Virus record (IMG/VR): IMGVR_UViG_2517287023_000001
Strand: one strand, 5' to 3'
Source: an uncultured virus (IMG/VR IMGVR_UViG_2517287023_000001)
Taxonomy: Duplodnaviria; Heunggongvirae; Uroviricota; Caudoviricetes
Length of the DNA stretch: 64,000 nucleotides
The position numbers were made by a program, and so were the translations under genes. The first letter of the stretch is position 1. Every line of letters starts with the position of its first letter. The notes under the pieces were generated by a model. The model was not told the origin of the DNA. It was given only the letters and a program-made list of their open reading frames with translations, and ran no database searches. Positions 49,303 to 59,749 of this stretch are shown here, in pieces.

Positions 49303-49713
49303 CGGGGGGTTTCCTTCCGGCCCCCTGTGCGGTAGGACGTGGCCCGTGGCGCATGGTGCTACCGGGTGCACTTTCCCGTGTGCATCCGCTATGCTCGTCC
49401 ATGCCCCGCGCAGGAGGGCTGAAAAATCGGTGTTGAGTGTGCGATTGGAGATCGGGAAGCTCGATAGAGGTGTCGAACACGAGGTGTGTCAAGCGCGACC
49501 AATCCTCGGGGTCCGGTTGAGTTCCCGCTTAGTCCTGGACCTTATCCCTCCTCCACAGTCCGAACATCCTGTGCGTTCGCCGGCCCCCTACACCCCCGGG
49601 TGAGGGGGCCGGAATACTTCTCAGCATCGACACACGCTGTTCATGTTGCGACGTGTCGCCGCCGATGATCCTAGACCCATTGACCGTGCGATGGGGAACA
49701 CCCTTGCCGGGAT

Positions 49714-49995
49714 TTATCCGGCGCGTCGGCGCGCATCGAAAACGGCCTTGGCGTCCTTGCAGGCCCCGCACTGGCACAGGTGGTTGACGTAGCCGGAGTA
49801 GCCGTGCTTGATGCCCTCCACAATGTAGGGGCGGCCGGCGGCGTTCGCGGCGTCACGGGCGTCACGGGCCGCGGCCCGCTTCGCGGCCATGTAGTCGGCC
49901 TTGGCCCGTAGCCCTCGACGGGTGCGGTCCCGGCCCTTCGAATAGGCGCTGTACGCCGTCGGCGTACGCGAACCCTCGATGGTCGCGGTGTTCAT
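49714..49995 (-). CDS. Small zinc-binding phage protein
   Basis: HGYSGYVNHLCQCGAC motif. Confidence 0.6.
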   Translation of the reverse strand: MNTATIEGSRTPTAYSAYSKGRDRTRRGLRAKADYMAAKRAAARDARDAANAAGRPYIVEGIKHGYSGYVNHLCQCGACKDAKAVFDARRRAG

Positions 49996-51062
49996 GGCCC
50001 TACCTCCCTCGTGGTCTTCGCGCCGTTAGCCTCGATCAGTGTGACCCGCAGCGCGCCCCGTTTACGGCGTGTCGGGGGCTCGCAACTGTGTCGGCGAGCA
50101 TCGTACTCCCGCCGAACCCGCTCCTGATCCATCGTGTCTGCATCGCGGTCGCGGGTCAGCTTCCACGCGCCGTACACGCCGTAATCAAGGCCCGCGATGA
50201 CCGAGCCCCAGAACTTTTGGTCACGTTCGGCCTCCCCCTTGCGGACCGAGGCGTCCTTGTAGGAAGACAGCGCCTGCACCGCCCGGGGGTCGGGCGGATG
50301 TACCTGGGGGATCGCGCCGGCTACGAGCGACGTTTGGGCGCCGATCTGCCCGGGGACCGCGTCGGGGCCCCAGCAACGGCGAAGCCACGGACAGGCGTCG
50401 CAGGTGAATGACAGGCCCGGCCCGCGATCCTCAGCCGGGGCCAGGTCAGGATCATGCTCGGCGTATCGGCGGATCTCGGCTATCCGGTCGATGACCTCAA
50501 GCGCGGCGCGGGCGGTGAACTCCTCCACGATGACTTCCACCTCGCCGGTGGATCGGTCCATGTAGATCCAGATCGCCCATCGGGTCGGCCGCCCGCCCTG
50601 CTGGACGGCGAGGACGTAGCCGAGGACCTGCAACCGGTGCCGACGGTACGGCGACACGTGGTAGCGGATGGTTTGCAGCTTGTGCGCGCCGACCGTCTTG
50701 AGGTCGACTACCGCGCCGGGCGGCACCAGGTCAGCGGTGCCCGTGATCGCGACCCCGGCCGCGTGCAGGACCACGGGTAGCTCGACCTCGCCGCCCATCT
50801 GCTCCGACAGGCGGGGTAGCAGACCTTCGTGGTACCAGACACCAAGGTTGGCTTGCCGGCCCTCCTCCACGGGCGGGGTGTCCGACGGGTCGACGCGGGC
50901 CAGGGCGTACGCGGCGGCGCGGGTGCACCCGCCGATCGAGGACAGGCCCAGGTGGTGTGGGTCCCGGGCGCGTTGCGTGGTTTCGGCGATGAACGCCTGG
51001 GACACCCCCTTGGCGACGAGGGCGCGCACCTGGTCGGCGTCGGCGGTCAGGAGGTCGATCAC
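49992..51062 (-). CDS. Cas4-like / RecB-family PD-(D/E)XK exonuclease
   Basis: SSIGGC.R, GTAD, DLKT, Q...Y and CDACPW...C (four Cys). Confidence 0.85.
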   Translation of the reverse strand: MIDLLTADADQVRALVAKGVSQAFIAETTQRARDPHHLGLSSIGGCTRAAAYALARVDPSDTPPVEEGRQANLGVWYHEGLLPRLSEQMGGEVELPVVLHAAGVAITGTADLVPPGAVVDLKTVGAHKLQTIRYHVSPYRRHRLQVLGYVLAVQQGGRPTRWAIWIYMDRSTGEVEVIVEEFTARAALEVIDRIAEIRRYAEHDPDLAPAEDRGPGLSFTCDACPWLRRCWGPDAVPGQIGAQTSLVAGAIPQVHPPDPRAVQALSSYKDASVRKGEAERDQKFWGSVIAGLDYGVYGAWKLTRDRDADTMDQERVRREYDARRHSCEPPTRRKRGALRVTLIEANGAKTTREVGP

Positions 51063-52171
51063 CGCTGCTCGCCGCCCTTGGGAGCGAACGGGGGCCGGTA
51101 CTGGCCGCATGCGGGCAGATGGTTACCGGTGCTCACGATGTGCTCGAGCGGGCACTTGCAGGCCATACCCGTCGTCGTGCGTCCAAGGTCGACTACGGGT
51201 GTGTTGGGCACCCCGACGGTGGGTGGTAGCCCGTCACCGGGTGGGGTGTCGGCCTCCCGCTGGGCTTCCTCGGCCGCGACCGCGCGGTTGCCGGCGTTGA
51301 TTAGCGTGTCCTGCACGGTGAGCGGTACCGAGTCGACGGTCCCGGCGTACAGGCCATGAAGACCCAGATCCACCGCTTTCTTCATCTTCCGGCGGAGGTC
51401 GGCCCAGGACAGGGTGTCGACACCGGCGAGGAATTCCATCACGTCCGCGCGGGGCACGGCGTTCCCGTCGGCGTCAACGGCCTCAGTGGCCTCGGTGGCC
51501 TCGGTGGCCTCGGTGGGATCGTCACCGACCGCGCCGGTTTCCAGCTCCTCGGGGAGGTAGCCGAGACCTAGCACCACGTCCGGGGCGAATCGGCGGGCGA
51601 GTCGTGCCAGGCACCGCCACCACAGCATGTCGCCGGGGTAGCGTCGCCACCTGGTGGTTAGCAGCAGGTCGGCGCGCATCGCCTCCCGGATGCTCCAGCG
51701 TGCCTGCCCGCCGGGCAGGCCGTCACCGCGGACGAGCTGGGCGCACACCTCGTGGTCATCGGCGCGCAGGATGTTCACGCGGTGACCCGCGCGGACCAGC
51801 AGCCCATACATCAGGATGCCGCTCATGCCGCCCTTGCCGTCGGCGCTGAAGTGTAGGTGTGTCCACGCCACCGGTAAGGGGATGTCCAGCGCGATGGCGT
51901 GGCCCATCAACGCGACGAGATCACCGGGGTTGGCCCGGTAGTCGGTGGGGATGACGGTGCGTCCCCGCGCGAGAGCCTGCGCGTACCGCCATTGCTCGGC
52001 GGGCTCGAGTGGGCCCGCGTACCGGCCACGTAGTTGCACCATAAGGACCGGGTTCGGGGTGGTGGCCGGCAGATGAAGCCGACGGCCGGCAGATTTGCGG
52101 GCGCGAAGCTTCCCGGGGGTAGGTAGTAGCAGGGCCCGTTTGGGATGCCGGGCCCGAGGGGTTTGCGTCAC
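51059..52171 (-). CDS. RecT-like single-strand annealing protein
   Basis: IP..YRANPGD, W..YP.DML, ARRFAPDV.LGL.Y.PEEL. Confidence 0.75.
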   Translation of the reverse strand: MTQTPRARHPKRALLLPTPGKLRARKSAGRRLHLPATTPNPVLMVQLRGRYAGPLEPAEQWRYAQALARGRTVIPTDYRANPGDLVALMGHAIALDIPLPVAWTHLHFSADGKGGMSGILMYGLLVRAGHRVNILRADDHEVCAQLVRGDGLPGGQARWSIREAMRADLLLTTRWRRYPGDMLWWRCLARLARRFAPDVVLGLGYLPEELETGAVGDDPTEATEATEATEAVDADGNAVPRADVMEFLAGVDTLSWADLRRKMKKAVDLGLHGLYAGTVDSVPLTVQDTLINAGNRAVAAEEAQREADTPPGDGLPPTVGVPNTPVVDLGRTTTGMACKCPLEHIVSTGNHLPACGQYRPPFAPKGGEQR

Positions 52172-52413
52172 AAAATCCCTTTCAGTCTGGGTCTTGTGGG
52201 ACGCGCAGCACACGGGGCGCGTTAGACAGTCCGCTCGCAGCGTTGCTACCGTGGGCGTGCGACATCCCGCGAGGGGTGTTGCGAGGCGAGGCAGTTACCG
52301 ACCTCCACCTACGTGGCAGTTGGGGCGTGCTCGTCCTCTCGGAAGATCCGCCCTCCGTGCACCGTTCTCGGTTTTCCAGCCTTTGTCCGGGTGCGTCGGG
52401 GGGCGGGTTTCGT

Positions 52414-53184
52414 TTACTCGATGGCCTTCCCCTTCCCCTTTTGCGACGTGCGGGGCGTGACCGCGGTGGGCACGCTGCCCGGAGCGCGGCGTGGGCCACG
52501 CTTGGAGGAGCCCTGCGGGATGTCGCCGTACTCGTCGGGGAGCTGCCGGGCGGCGGCGAGGTGCCGCGACACCTGTTTGCGGTTGAGGCCGAGCCGTTCG
52601 GCGACGGCACCGCGCGCCGCCGTGTCGGTGAACTCTTGGGACACGAGCTTCCGGTAGGTGGTGACTACCGCTTTCCGGACCTTGTCCCGGTTGTCGTTGT
52701 GGGCCCTCGGTTTAGTTTCGAGGGTTCCCCGCGGCCGTCCTGTTGGGGGGAGCTGGCGTGCCTGCCCGGTGGCATCCAGGCGGGTCCGACCGGTGTCGTC
52801 CCACGAGGTCAGGCCCCACTTGAGGATCGTGTCGGGTTCCCATCCATCGCTGCCGCCCAGTTTCGCGGTGGCCTCGGGCAGCATCTGATGGTTAACGCCT
52901 ACCCCGTCGAGGTCTACGTGGGCGGCCTTGTCGCGCCAGGTTTGCCCGTCGCTTTCCTTGCGCCAGCGCCGCACGGTGTCGAGAGTGACGTCGTAGTGGT
53001 GGGCGATCTTCTCGTCGCGGGTCCTGCGGCCCCCGTGCACCCAAATCCACACGGTCTGTACGCCCACGCCGAAAACTCTTGAGATCGTGCTGCAGTCCCA
53101 CGGGCCCGGGATAGCCCGTAGCTCGTCCATCCGGGTTTTGCCTTTGCCGGCGGCCCTGGCCGCTGCGGGTTCGCTGGTGGCCAT
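52414..53184 (-). CDS. Multi-HTH DNA-binding protein (candidate regulon repressor)
   Basis: Several HTH-like segments; its promoter (TTGATG-17-TATCGT) overlaps an operator-like site at 53274. Confidence 0.6.
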   Translation of the reverse strand: MATSEPAAARAAGKGKTRMDELRAIPGPWDCSTISRVFGVGVQTVWIWVHGGRRTRDEKIAHHYDVTLDTVRRWRKESDGQTWRDKAAHVDLDGVGVNHQMLPEATAKLGGSDGWEPDTILKWGLTSWDDTGRTRLDATGQARQLPPTGRPRGTLETKPRAHNDNRDKVRKAVVTTYRKLVSQEFTDTAARGAVAERLGLNRKQVSRHLAAARQLPDEYGDIPQGSSKRGPRRAPGSVPTAVTPRTSQKGKGKAIE

Positions 53185-53376
53185 GCGGTCACCTCCTCGG
53201 TTTGCGGTACGCGGGCGTTCACCCGCGTCCACCTGGTCAACACACTTCTTGACCTTGACGATACGTGGGCGCGTAGAAAGCATCAATGTGAGTTACCCAC
53301 TTTCCGTCGGCCGTGTCGGGTAGTGCAGGTGCGGGGCGCCCCCGGCCTCGCACCGGGGGCGCCCCGCACCTGCACG

Positions 53377-53670
53377 TCAGCCGGCGGCGGTGAAGGCCAT
53401 CTGCAACAGCGCCCGCACGGGTGCCTGCGGGGTGAACAATGACGCCCACTCCGTGTCACCGCTGGGGGTAAGGCGCTGGACCACGGGGGCGTACCTGCCC
53501 CCCTCGCCGCGCGGGATTTCCATCCGCGCAAGTCCTTTACGGGCCTCGAAATTCCACCGGCCCGTGTAATCGGCGCGGGCCGGAACGAACCGTGTCGTCC
53601 AGCCCGCCAACCTCAGGGCCTGCTCCACGTAGGCAAGGTTCGGTCCTCTGGACTCCTGCTGCTCGGCCAT
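53377..53670 (-). CDS. Hypothetical protein
   Basis: GAGGA RBS; cassette-driven. Confidence 0.6.
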   Translation of the reverse strand: MAEQQESRGPNLAYVEQALRLAGWTTRFVPARADYTGRWNFEARKGLARMEIPRGEGGRYAPVVQRLTPSGDTEWASLFTPQAPVRALLQMAFTAAG

Positions 53671-54227
53671 GAAATGTCCTCGCTCTCTCGGGTGGTGAGA
53701 GGGGCGCAGCAGCCCGCCCAACGTTGCAGGGTGACTGATAGTCCCCGGCTTCACGTGCGGGGTGCGTCCTCTCGGGGCATCTCGAGCCGGCGAACCCTCC
53801 GGACTTCCAGCTCCCCGGGGCCCTGCCCGACTCAAGTCCCTCAAGGATAACGCGGACACTAAAAATAGTCAAACTATGCTTGATGACTTACCGTGGGGTT
53901 CAGGTGGAGGAGGCACCACCTGCGGCGTGCCTGCAACACGAAACAGCGCCCCCGGGTCACCGGGGGCGCTGTTTCGTGTGTGCTGTCTCCAGGGTGAGGC
54001 GCATTCCGATGCAGAGGCGGGATAGACCCCCCTCGCCTCCGCGTGGCCGCCCACCCCCGGTGCCTGACCGGAAAGGATGGGGCAGCGCATCGCCGCGAAT
54101 GCGCCAAGGAGTCCTCAAACGATCAAGAGCCCAGCCTGACGGCTGGGCTCTTGATGTGTCCCTGACGGCTGGGCTCTTGATGCGTCCCCCTGTTGCCCTC
54201 ATGAGCACCGCTAGAGCGGGGAATCTT

Positions 54228-54542
54228 CTACGCGGAACCGGTATCGGGCTCCGCCTCCATGTGACTGCCCTCCCGAGCGTGGTGGGCGTTGAACTCGTCA
54301 ACCAACCAACACACCCACTCCTGCCGAGTGGGTCCCCATTGGACCGGGAAGCGGCCTGCCCCCCTTGCCTGGTACGCCGAGCAGAACGGCTCGAGATACG
54401 TTGCCGCAAAAGCGGCGACGTCATCGACCACGAGCACCGCCCGCCATGGGGCGCGTGCGTCGTCCACGGGCGTGTTCCGGGGGGCCGGGTGCCGCTTGAC
54501 CCACTCAGCGGCCGAACGACTCGAAGACTTGTCCTTACTCAT
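54228..54542 (-). CDS. Hypothetical protein
   Basis: Hairpin + CCGAGAGG RBS upstream. Confidence 0.6.
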   Translation of the reverse strand: MSKDKSSSRSAAEWVKRHPAPRNTPVDDARAPWRAVLVVDDVAAFAATYLEPFCSAYQARGAGRFPVQWGPTRQEWVCWLVDEFNAHHAREGSHMEAEPDTGSA

Positions 54543-54739
54543 GCGCGCCTACCTCTCGGTTGAGACCCGGGGTTCCAGCTCCCCGGGCCGGGCTCATGGC
54601 CCCGCCCTCACGCCTTTCCGGTGTTTCCAACGGGGCCTGGGTCAGTGGCAGTCATCCCGCGATGACGCCTCTGCACCCACACGGTAACGAGCCCCAAAGT
54701 AAGCGGCAAGGGCTACTTCATGATTTTTGTATGGCCTAG

Positions 54740-55495
54740 TTAAGTGTCGGTCTCCGGTTCCGCAGGATGGGCGTCGTTCCATAGCGACTCGAAATGCTCC
54801 AGGAGCCGATCAAACGGCCCGCCCTCCTCGCGTCGCCTGAAATGCTGGGTCAGCGAGTCGTGACCCAGCCCCGCGCCGATGTGCGTGGCCAGCACCGCCT
54901 CATCATCGAAAATCCACACTGACGTGGCGATGTGCCGATCGGACAACCGTACGGGCATCAGATCGGCGGCCCCCGACTTGGCGATCTCCATCCGCGTCAT
55001 CTGGATGCGGGTCGCCAGCTTGAGCGGGTGGGCCTCGATGTCATCACGTGCCCGGGTGACCGCCGAGTCGGGGTCGCCCAACAGCCACCGGACGTCCACC
55101 CCCTGACCAGCCTTAGCCGCTAGCTGCGCGCGGGCCTGAGGCGCGTCAACAAAGATGAAGTACGACGTGTACCCGCCGAACAAGATCCGCCGACGCGCAG
55201 AGGTGATCATGTCTCGCCAGAAGTGGCGGGGCACGTCGGCCCGCCGTGCGTACATCTCGACTAACTCGCGGTCAGCGCCGGTTTTGAACCGGCGACGTAC
55301 CGCCTCGGACCAGAGCATTTCCGGGTCCTCCCCGAGCAGCTTCGCGACGGCCAGACGCGTGGGCTGATGAGGCACCCGGCCCTCGGTCACCCACCGGCAC
55401 ACGGTTTTCTCGTCCACTCCCGTCCGATCAGCGACCTGCGTGTAGGTCAACTGTGCCGCAATCAGAGCATCCCTGAGCACGTCATTACCAGGCAT
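54740..55495 (-). CDS. XRE-family regulator with DUF5919/PLD-like domain
   Basis: VADRTGVDEKTVCRWV.EGRVPH; VRWLLGDPDS; HFESLW. Confidence 0.85.
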   Translation of the reverse strand: MPGNDVLRDALIAAQLTYTQVADRTGVDEKTVCRWVTEGRVPHQPTRLAVAKLLGEDPEMLWSEAVRRRFKTGADRELVEMYARRADVPRHFWRDMITSARRRILFGGYTSYFIFVDAPQARAQLAAKAGQGVDVRWLLGDPDSAVTRARDDIEAHPLKLATRIQMTRMEIAKSGAADLMPVRLSDRHIATSVWIFDDEAVLATHIGAGLGHDSLTQHFRRREEGGPFDRLLEHFESLWNDAHPAEPETDT

Positions 55496-56123
55496 CGTCG
55501 GTGACCTTTCCGAGGTGTCCACACAGTGTCGCGCAAAGTGCGGTTCGCGTGCCGGCCAGCCCCTGGCAGGCTCGAAGGTGCCCATCCGAGAGGGCGAGTC
55601 AGCAGTTGATCGATCCGAGAGGACGAGCACGCCATGCACCACAGTGGAGATGTCGAACTGCCCCCGTGGGGGCCCCGCCCGAAGCCCGCCGACGACAAGC
55701 CGGGTAAGGAGTGAGCGGGGAGCCCTCATGGCATCAGCCGAGGCCACGCCCGAGGGTGTGGTCGTGGCTCCCCAAGCGGTGCGTGTGTGGTGTGCCCTGG
55801 CCCTGCCCGGAGCGTAACCGGACACCCAACACGCCCTTGTGAATGACCTTCCACCACCACGGTGTTGACCCCGGGCACCGTGGACTCCCGGGGGGGGTGC
55901 CGTCCGGGTGGTCGTGTGGGCAGCGACCACCCGGACGACATGGGCACGGGGCCTACCACCAAGGCCAGCCCCACCCGAATGACACTCACGGCAGTAGCCG
56001 GCCACCCCTCGCGGCGATCCTCACGGTTGGTCAGTGCCTCCAGGGCAGAGGCCAGCTCACAGGCCTCGCTCTACAGCTAAGGCGATCGTGCGCTCTTCCT
56101 GGGCCCATCACGGCATAGCGCGA

Positions 56124-56780
56124 TCATGGCCGTCCCGCCTCGTCCCGGCGGCAGCAGCCACAGCAGAACCCTTCCTCGGCGTGGTCGCATTGCCCGCCCG
56201 GGTCGGCGGGTTCGGCGCATCGGCCGTGGGCGCAGGGCTGCACCCACAGATCAGCGCAGTAGGTGTGCCGTTCGGGTGTGAGGCACGGCTGCACTGGCAG
56301 CCCGTCGGCGGGAGCCCAGCACCCGGGGCGGCAGACCGCAGCGTGCCGCCACCCGTCGGGCGTCTCGGTGAGCAGCCCGCGACACTGCCCGCAGCGCCGT
56401 AGGGGCTCGGCCATCACGAGGTGGCCGGACAGCAGCCCGTCGAGGACCCCCATCAGCGCCCGTGCCTCAGTGCGGTGTTCGGATGCGCCGTCGGCGGCCA
56501 CGGCCGCGGTCCCGTCGCGAACCTTGGCGAGCGCGTCACCGCTGCCGGTCCAGGTGCGTGCGTCTCGCAGTGTGCTCCACATCAGCGGGACCGGTTGGCC
56601 GGTGGGGATCACCATCACCTCCCACAGCGTGTTCACATCCTCGACGCGGTGATAAGCCCACACCCCGTCAGTGGAGACCGCGCCGATTCGGACGCGTCGG
56701 CCGCGCATGTCCCGCGCGTAGACGACATCCCGTAGCGGGGTGAGGCGCGGCGGAGCCGGCCGGACGGCAGTGGGCCTCAT
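56124..56780 (-). CDS. Hypothetical protein with Cys-rich tail
   Basis: ATGA-coupled to upstream gene. Confidence 0.55.
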   Translation of the reverse strand: MRPTAVRPAPPRLTPLRDVVYARDMRGRRVRIGAVSTDGVWAYHRVEDVNTLWEVMVIPTGQPVPLMWSTLRDARTWTGSGDALAKVRDGTAAVAADGASEHRTEARALMGVLDGLLSGHLVMAEPLRRCGQCRGLLTETPDGWRHAAVCRPGCWAPADGLPVQPCLTPERHTYCADLWVQPCAHGRCAEPADPGGQCDHAEEGFCCGCCRRDEAGRP

Positions 56781-57082
56781 GCGGCCCACCGCGTGGGCTT
56801 GGCAGTGGTGGTCCGCCGGAGGGCGTCAGCGATGACACCGCCGAGCCGCAGCCCCAGATACGTGCAACCAAACCCGGCGAACCGCTGGGACTGCCCCGAC
56901 GTGTAGACCGCGATGACCACGACATCACCGCAGGGCGGTACCTCGACCAGCCACCTCCGCCGGAGCGCGTAGACCGTGCTCGTGGCGGTGACATGGATAA
57001 GGGTGGCCCGGGAACCGGGTAGATCCTCGGCGAACGCCACGCGCCACGCGGCGGCGTCCTCATAGCAGGCGAGAAAGATCAT
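56777..57082 (-). CDS. Hypothetical protein
   Basis: Hairpin + CCGAGAGGA RBS upstream. Confidence 0.55.
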   Translation of the reverse strand: MIFLACYEDAAAWRVAFAEDLPGSRATLIHVTATSTVYALRRRWLVEVPPCGDVVVIAVYTSGQSQRFAGFGCTYLGLRLGGVIADALRRTTTAKPTRWAA

Positions 57083-57797
57083 CGTGTGCTGTCCTCTCGG
57101 TTTGCCCGGGTGAGGGGTTCCAGCTCCCCGCCCCGGGAGGGCGTGTACGGGGGAGGTCGCCGAGGGCGCGGGGGATTGCCCCTCTACCGCGCCCCCGGCC
57201 TCTCCCCTCGGGTTTGGCGGGCGGATCGACAGCCCGCGCTGTATCCACACGGGCTGTCGATCCCCCCGGCAGCAGTCCTGCTGGGCCGCTACCGGGGGCC
57301 CTCGACCCGCCACCACCCACACTAGGGGGCCAGCTAGAAGGTGTCAATGAGTCTTTCAAAGTTTATGTGTGGCTTGCTATCGTGGGGTCTCCGTCGTGCG
57401 TGGAGTCTCACGCGCCGCTTTTAAGGGGTGGGCGCTAAGCGGTCGGGGCGCTCCGGGGGGCGCGCGGGAGGCTTTCCGTTTACGGTTCGTCGTCAACGCG
57501 AAGCGGCTCCCGCAAACGCAGCTTAGAGCCCAACAGAAATTGCCAAACAGTGCTGGACAACTTCTATGCGGTCTAGATAGTCTCGGAGTTGCGGAGAGGA
57601 GCTGGAACCTCGCCGCAAACCACCGCGTTAAGTCGGCGCGGTTTCGTCGTACGTCCGTGGAGGAATGGAGCCATGCTCGCCCCTAGTGCGTCCCCTGTCC
57701 ATTCATCGCTCACGCGCATCAAACCGCGCGGGTGCACCCGTCGTCCGGGCGTGAGCCAAGGGAGGCCGCGTCGGCGGCCGTCCACGAAAGGACGATC

Positions 57798-58751
57798 GTG
57801 ACACTGACAACCATCTCGAAGTCGAAGAAGCTCGAACTGTTGGGGCTGCAATTCGACAAAGACAAGCTTCGGATCGGCCCATACGCGGTGCGTGACCTTC
57901 AGGACGCGCACACGAGCCGCCCCGGCGACAAGCGCATCGTCGCCGCCAACTTCATCGCAGTGACTATCGACGTATCGGCTGGCCAAGACGGGTCACGAAC
58001 CGTGACCTGGCTGTCCTGCAACCGATGCAACAGGGTGTTTCCGTCGACCAGTGCGGTCGAGGATCACCTGTCCCGGGAGCACGCCAACGGCGAGCGCATC
58101 GCCAGCGCCGGGGATATCGTGGCGTCCACCCCCCACCCCCCAGAGGAGCCACCCACCGTGGGCGACAAACAGACCTCGTTTGAGGCACGAGCGCTAAAGA
58201 CCCGCGAGGCGTATGACGCGTTGGTCGAAGACGAACGGAAGCAGGGGCGGCAGCTCGGCATTGTTAAGGCGGCCGAGCTGTTGCAGATTCAGACGTCGAC
58301 GCTGTCCCGTCGGCTCGAAGCGACCGGCCGGACACGGCAGTCGCGCAACCGCGACAGCCCGCAGAAGACCCGCGCGGCATACCTCAAACTGCGTGACCAG
58401 GAGCCGGGCATCAGTCAGGTCGCGGCGGCTAGGCGTCTGGGCCTGAACCCGGCGACCTTGCGACGGCGGCTACAGGAAACCGACGTGGAGCCGCAGCTTC
58501 CTGCACAGGTGTCGGTGGCACGTGCCGTTGATCCGCAGCCTCACGCACATTCGGTAGCGAGCGCCGTGGACCCGGAGCAGGAACGGAGGATCGACACCTA
58601 TTTGGAGTTGGTGGAGGAGTTGTCCTCGTCCCGTGACCGGTGGAAGGAGCGTGCCGAAAGAGCCGAGCGTGAGCGCGATGCGGCTAGGAAAAAGCTGGAC
58701 GCCGTGCGCGCGGCCGTTCAGGCAACGCTGCCGGTCATTGAGCAGGACTGA
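57798..58751 (+). CDS. C2H2-like zinc finger + tandem HTH + coiled-coil protein
   Basis: CNRCNRVF.....VEDHLSREH; two HTH repeats; C-terminal coiled coil. Confidence 0.7.
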   Translation: MTLTTISKSKKLELLGLQFDKDKLRIGPYAVRDLQDAHTSRPGDKRIVAANFIAVTIDVSAGQDGSRTVTWLSCNRCNRVFPSTSAVEDHLSREHANGERIASAGDIVASTPHPPEEPPTVGDKQTSFEARALKTREAYDALVEDERKQGRQLGIVKAAELLQIQTSTLSRRLEATGRTRQSRNRDSPQKTRAAYLKLRDQEPGISQVAAARRLGLNPATLRRRLQETDVEPQLPAQVSVARAVDPQPHAHSVASAVDPEQERRIDTYLELVEELSSSRDRWKERAERAERERDAARKKLDAVRAAVQATLPVIEQD

Positions 58752-58992
58752 CCTGCCAACGCCACAACTCATGGGAGCGTAGAAGGGTGACGGGATTTGA
58801 TCCGTTGGGCTGGCTCGCGCCCCCAGGGCCCCCGTCACCCCCGGCCATGCTCCGGCTCGACAGCGCTGCACGACCAACTTGCAGGCCACCAGAAACCCGA
58901 GAAACACCCCTTGTGTGATTCTAGCTGTCCCGCTAGTGTTTGGGTTGTGGTTGGGGAGCTGGACCCCGACCCGAACGAGAGGGGAGTAGCGA

Positions 58993-59703
58993 ATGGACTT
59001 CGCCGAGCTGCAAGCGGAACACAATGCGGCTATAGACGCTGGCAAGCCCATGGCTGTTATCGCTGAGATCTCGCGGAAGATCCGGGACTACATCATGTCG
59101 GGAAAGCCGGTTTCGGCTGAGAAGCCGAGAACCGGGAAGCAGCACCCCCCGGAGGGGAAGGCCGAGCGGCCGACCGACCAAATAGCCGGTCTCCCTCCGG
59201 CCACGGATGACCAGCGCGCCTATGTGCACGACCTCATCCATGGATTGGCGCCGCGCCTCTCGGTCGACCAGGAGGAGATCGACGGCACTATCGCCGACAC
59301 CCATTCGCCCGCGCGCCGGGCGATGGAACTACATCTGGCCATCGAGGAATTTCTGACCATTGCGGACGAGTGTCGGCAGGCTCGCCCATTGGGCGACGAG
59401 TCCCCCCGCCTCCCCGACGGGTGGTATGTGCTGGAGGGTGGCGTGTATCGCATCGAGCGGCGCACGGTTGCAGGTAATACCGGTATTGCCGTTCGGTCCG
59501 CGGGGCCAGACGGTACACCGGGGCCAGCAGTCGCCTACCGGGCGAAGAAGAAGGAAATCGTGGAAGCCCTGTCGAAGGACCCGGTCACCGCTATGCGGGC
59601 GTACGGGCTGCGTACCGGGCGGTGCGGGCTGGACAACACCCTGTTGGAGGGGGAAACCGCTCGCCACTATGGGATTCACGCCGCTTGCCTGTGTAGTGCC
59701 TGA
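58993..59703 (+). CDS. DUF6011-like domain protein
   Basis: YG.RTGRC....LL......YGI...C C-terminus; cassette-driven. Confidence 0.65.
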   Translation: MDFAELQAEHNAAIDAGKPMAVIAEISRKIRDYIMSGKPVSAEKPRTGKQHPPEGKAERPTDQIAGLPPATDDQRAYVHDLIHGLAPRLSVDQEEIDGTIADTHSPARRAMELHLAIEEFLTIADECRQARPLGDESPRLPDGWYVLEGGVYRIERRTVAGNTGIAVRSAGPDGTPGPAVAYRAKKKEIVEALSKDPVTAMRAYGLRTGRCGLDNTLLEGETARHYGIHAACLCSA

Positions 59704-59749
59704 CACCGGGTGAGGGCCCGCCGCTACGGCGGGCCCTCACCCGCCGGCC

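Noticed and set aside
49992..51062. Cas4-like nuclease as part of a CRISPR-Cas system serving the mini-arrays
   Set aside because: It is coupled to a RecT-like gene as a typical phage recombination pair, and no cas1/2/3/5/6/7 genes are seen
54122..54182. Hairpin plus 22-bp direct repeat as an RNA switch
   Set aside because: Most simply a terminator with a local duplication of one arm
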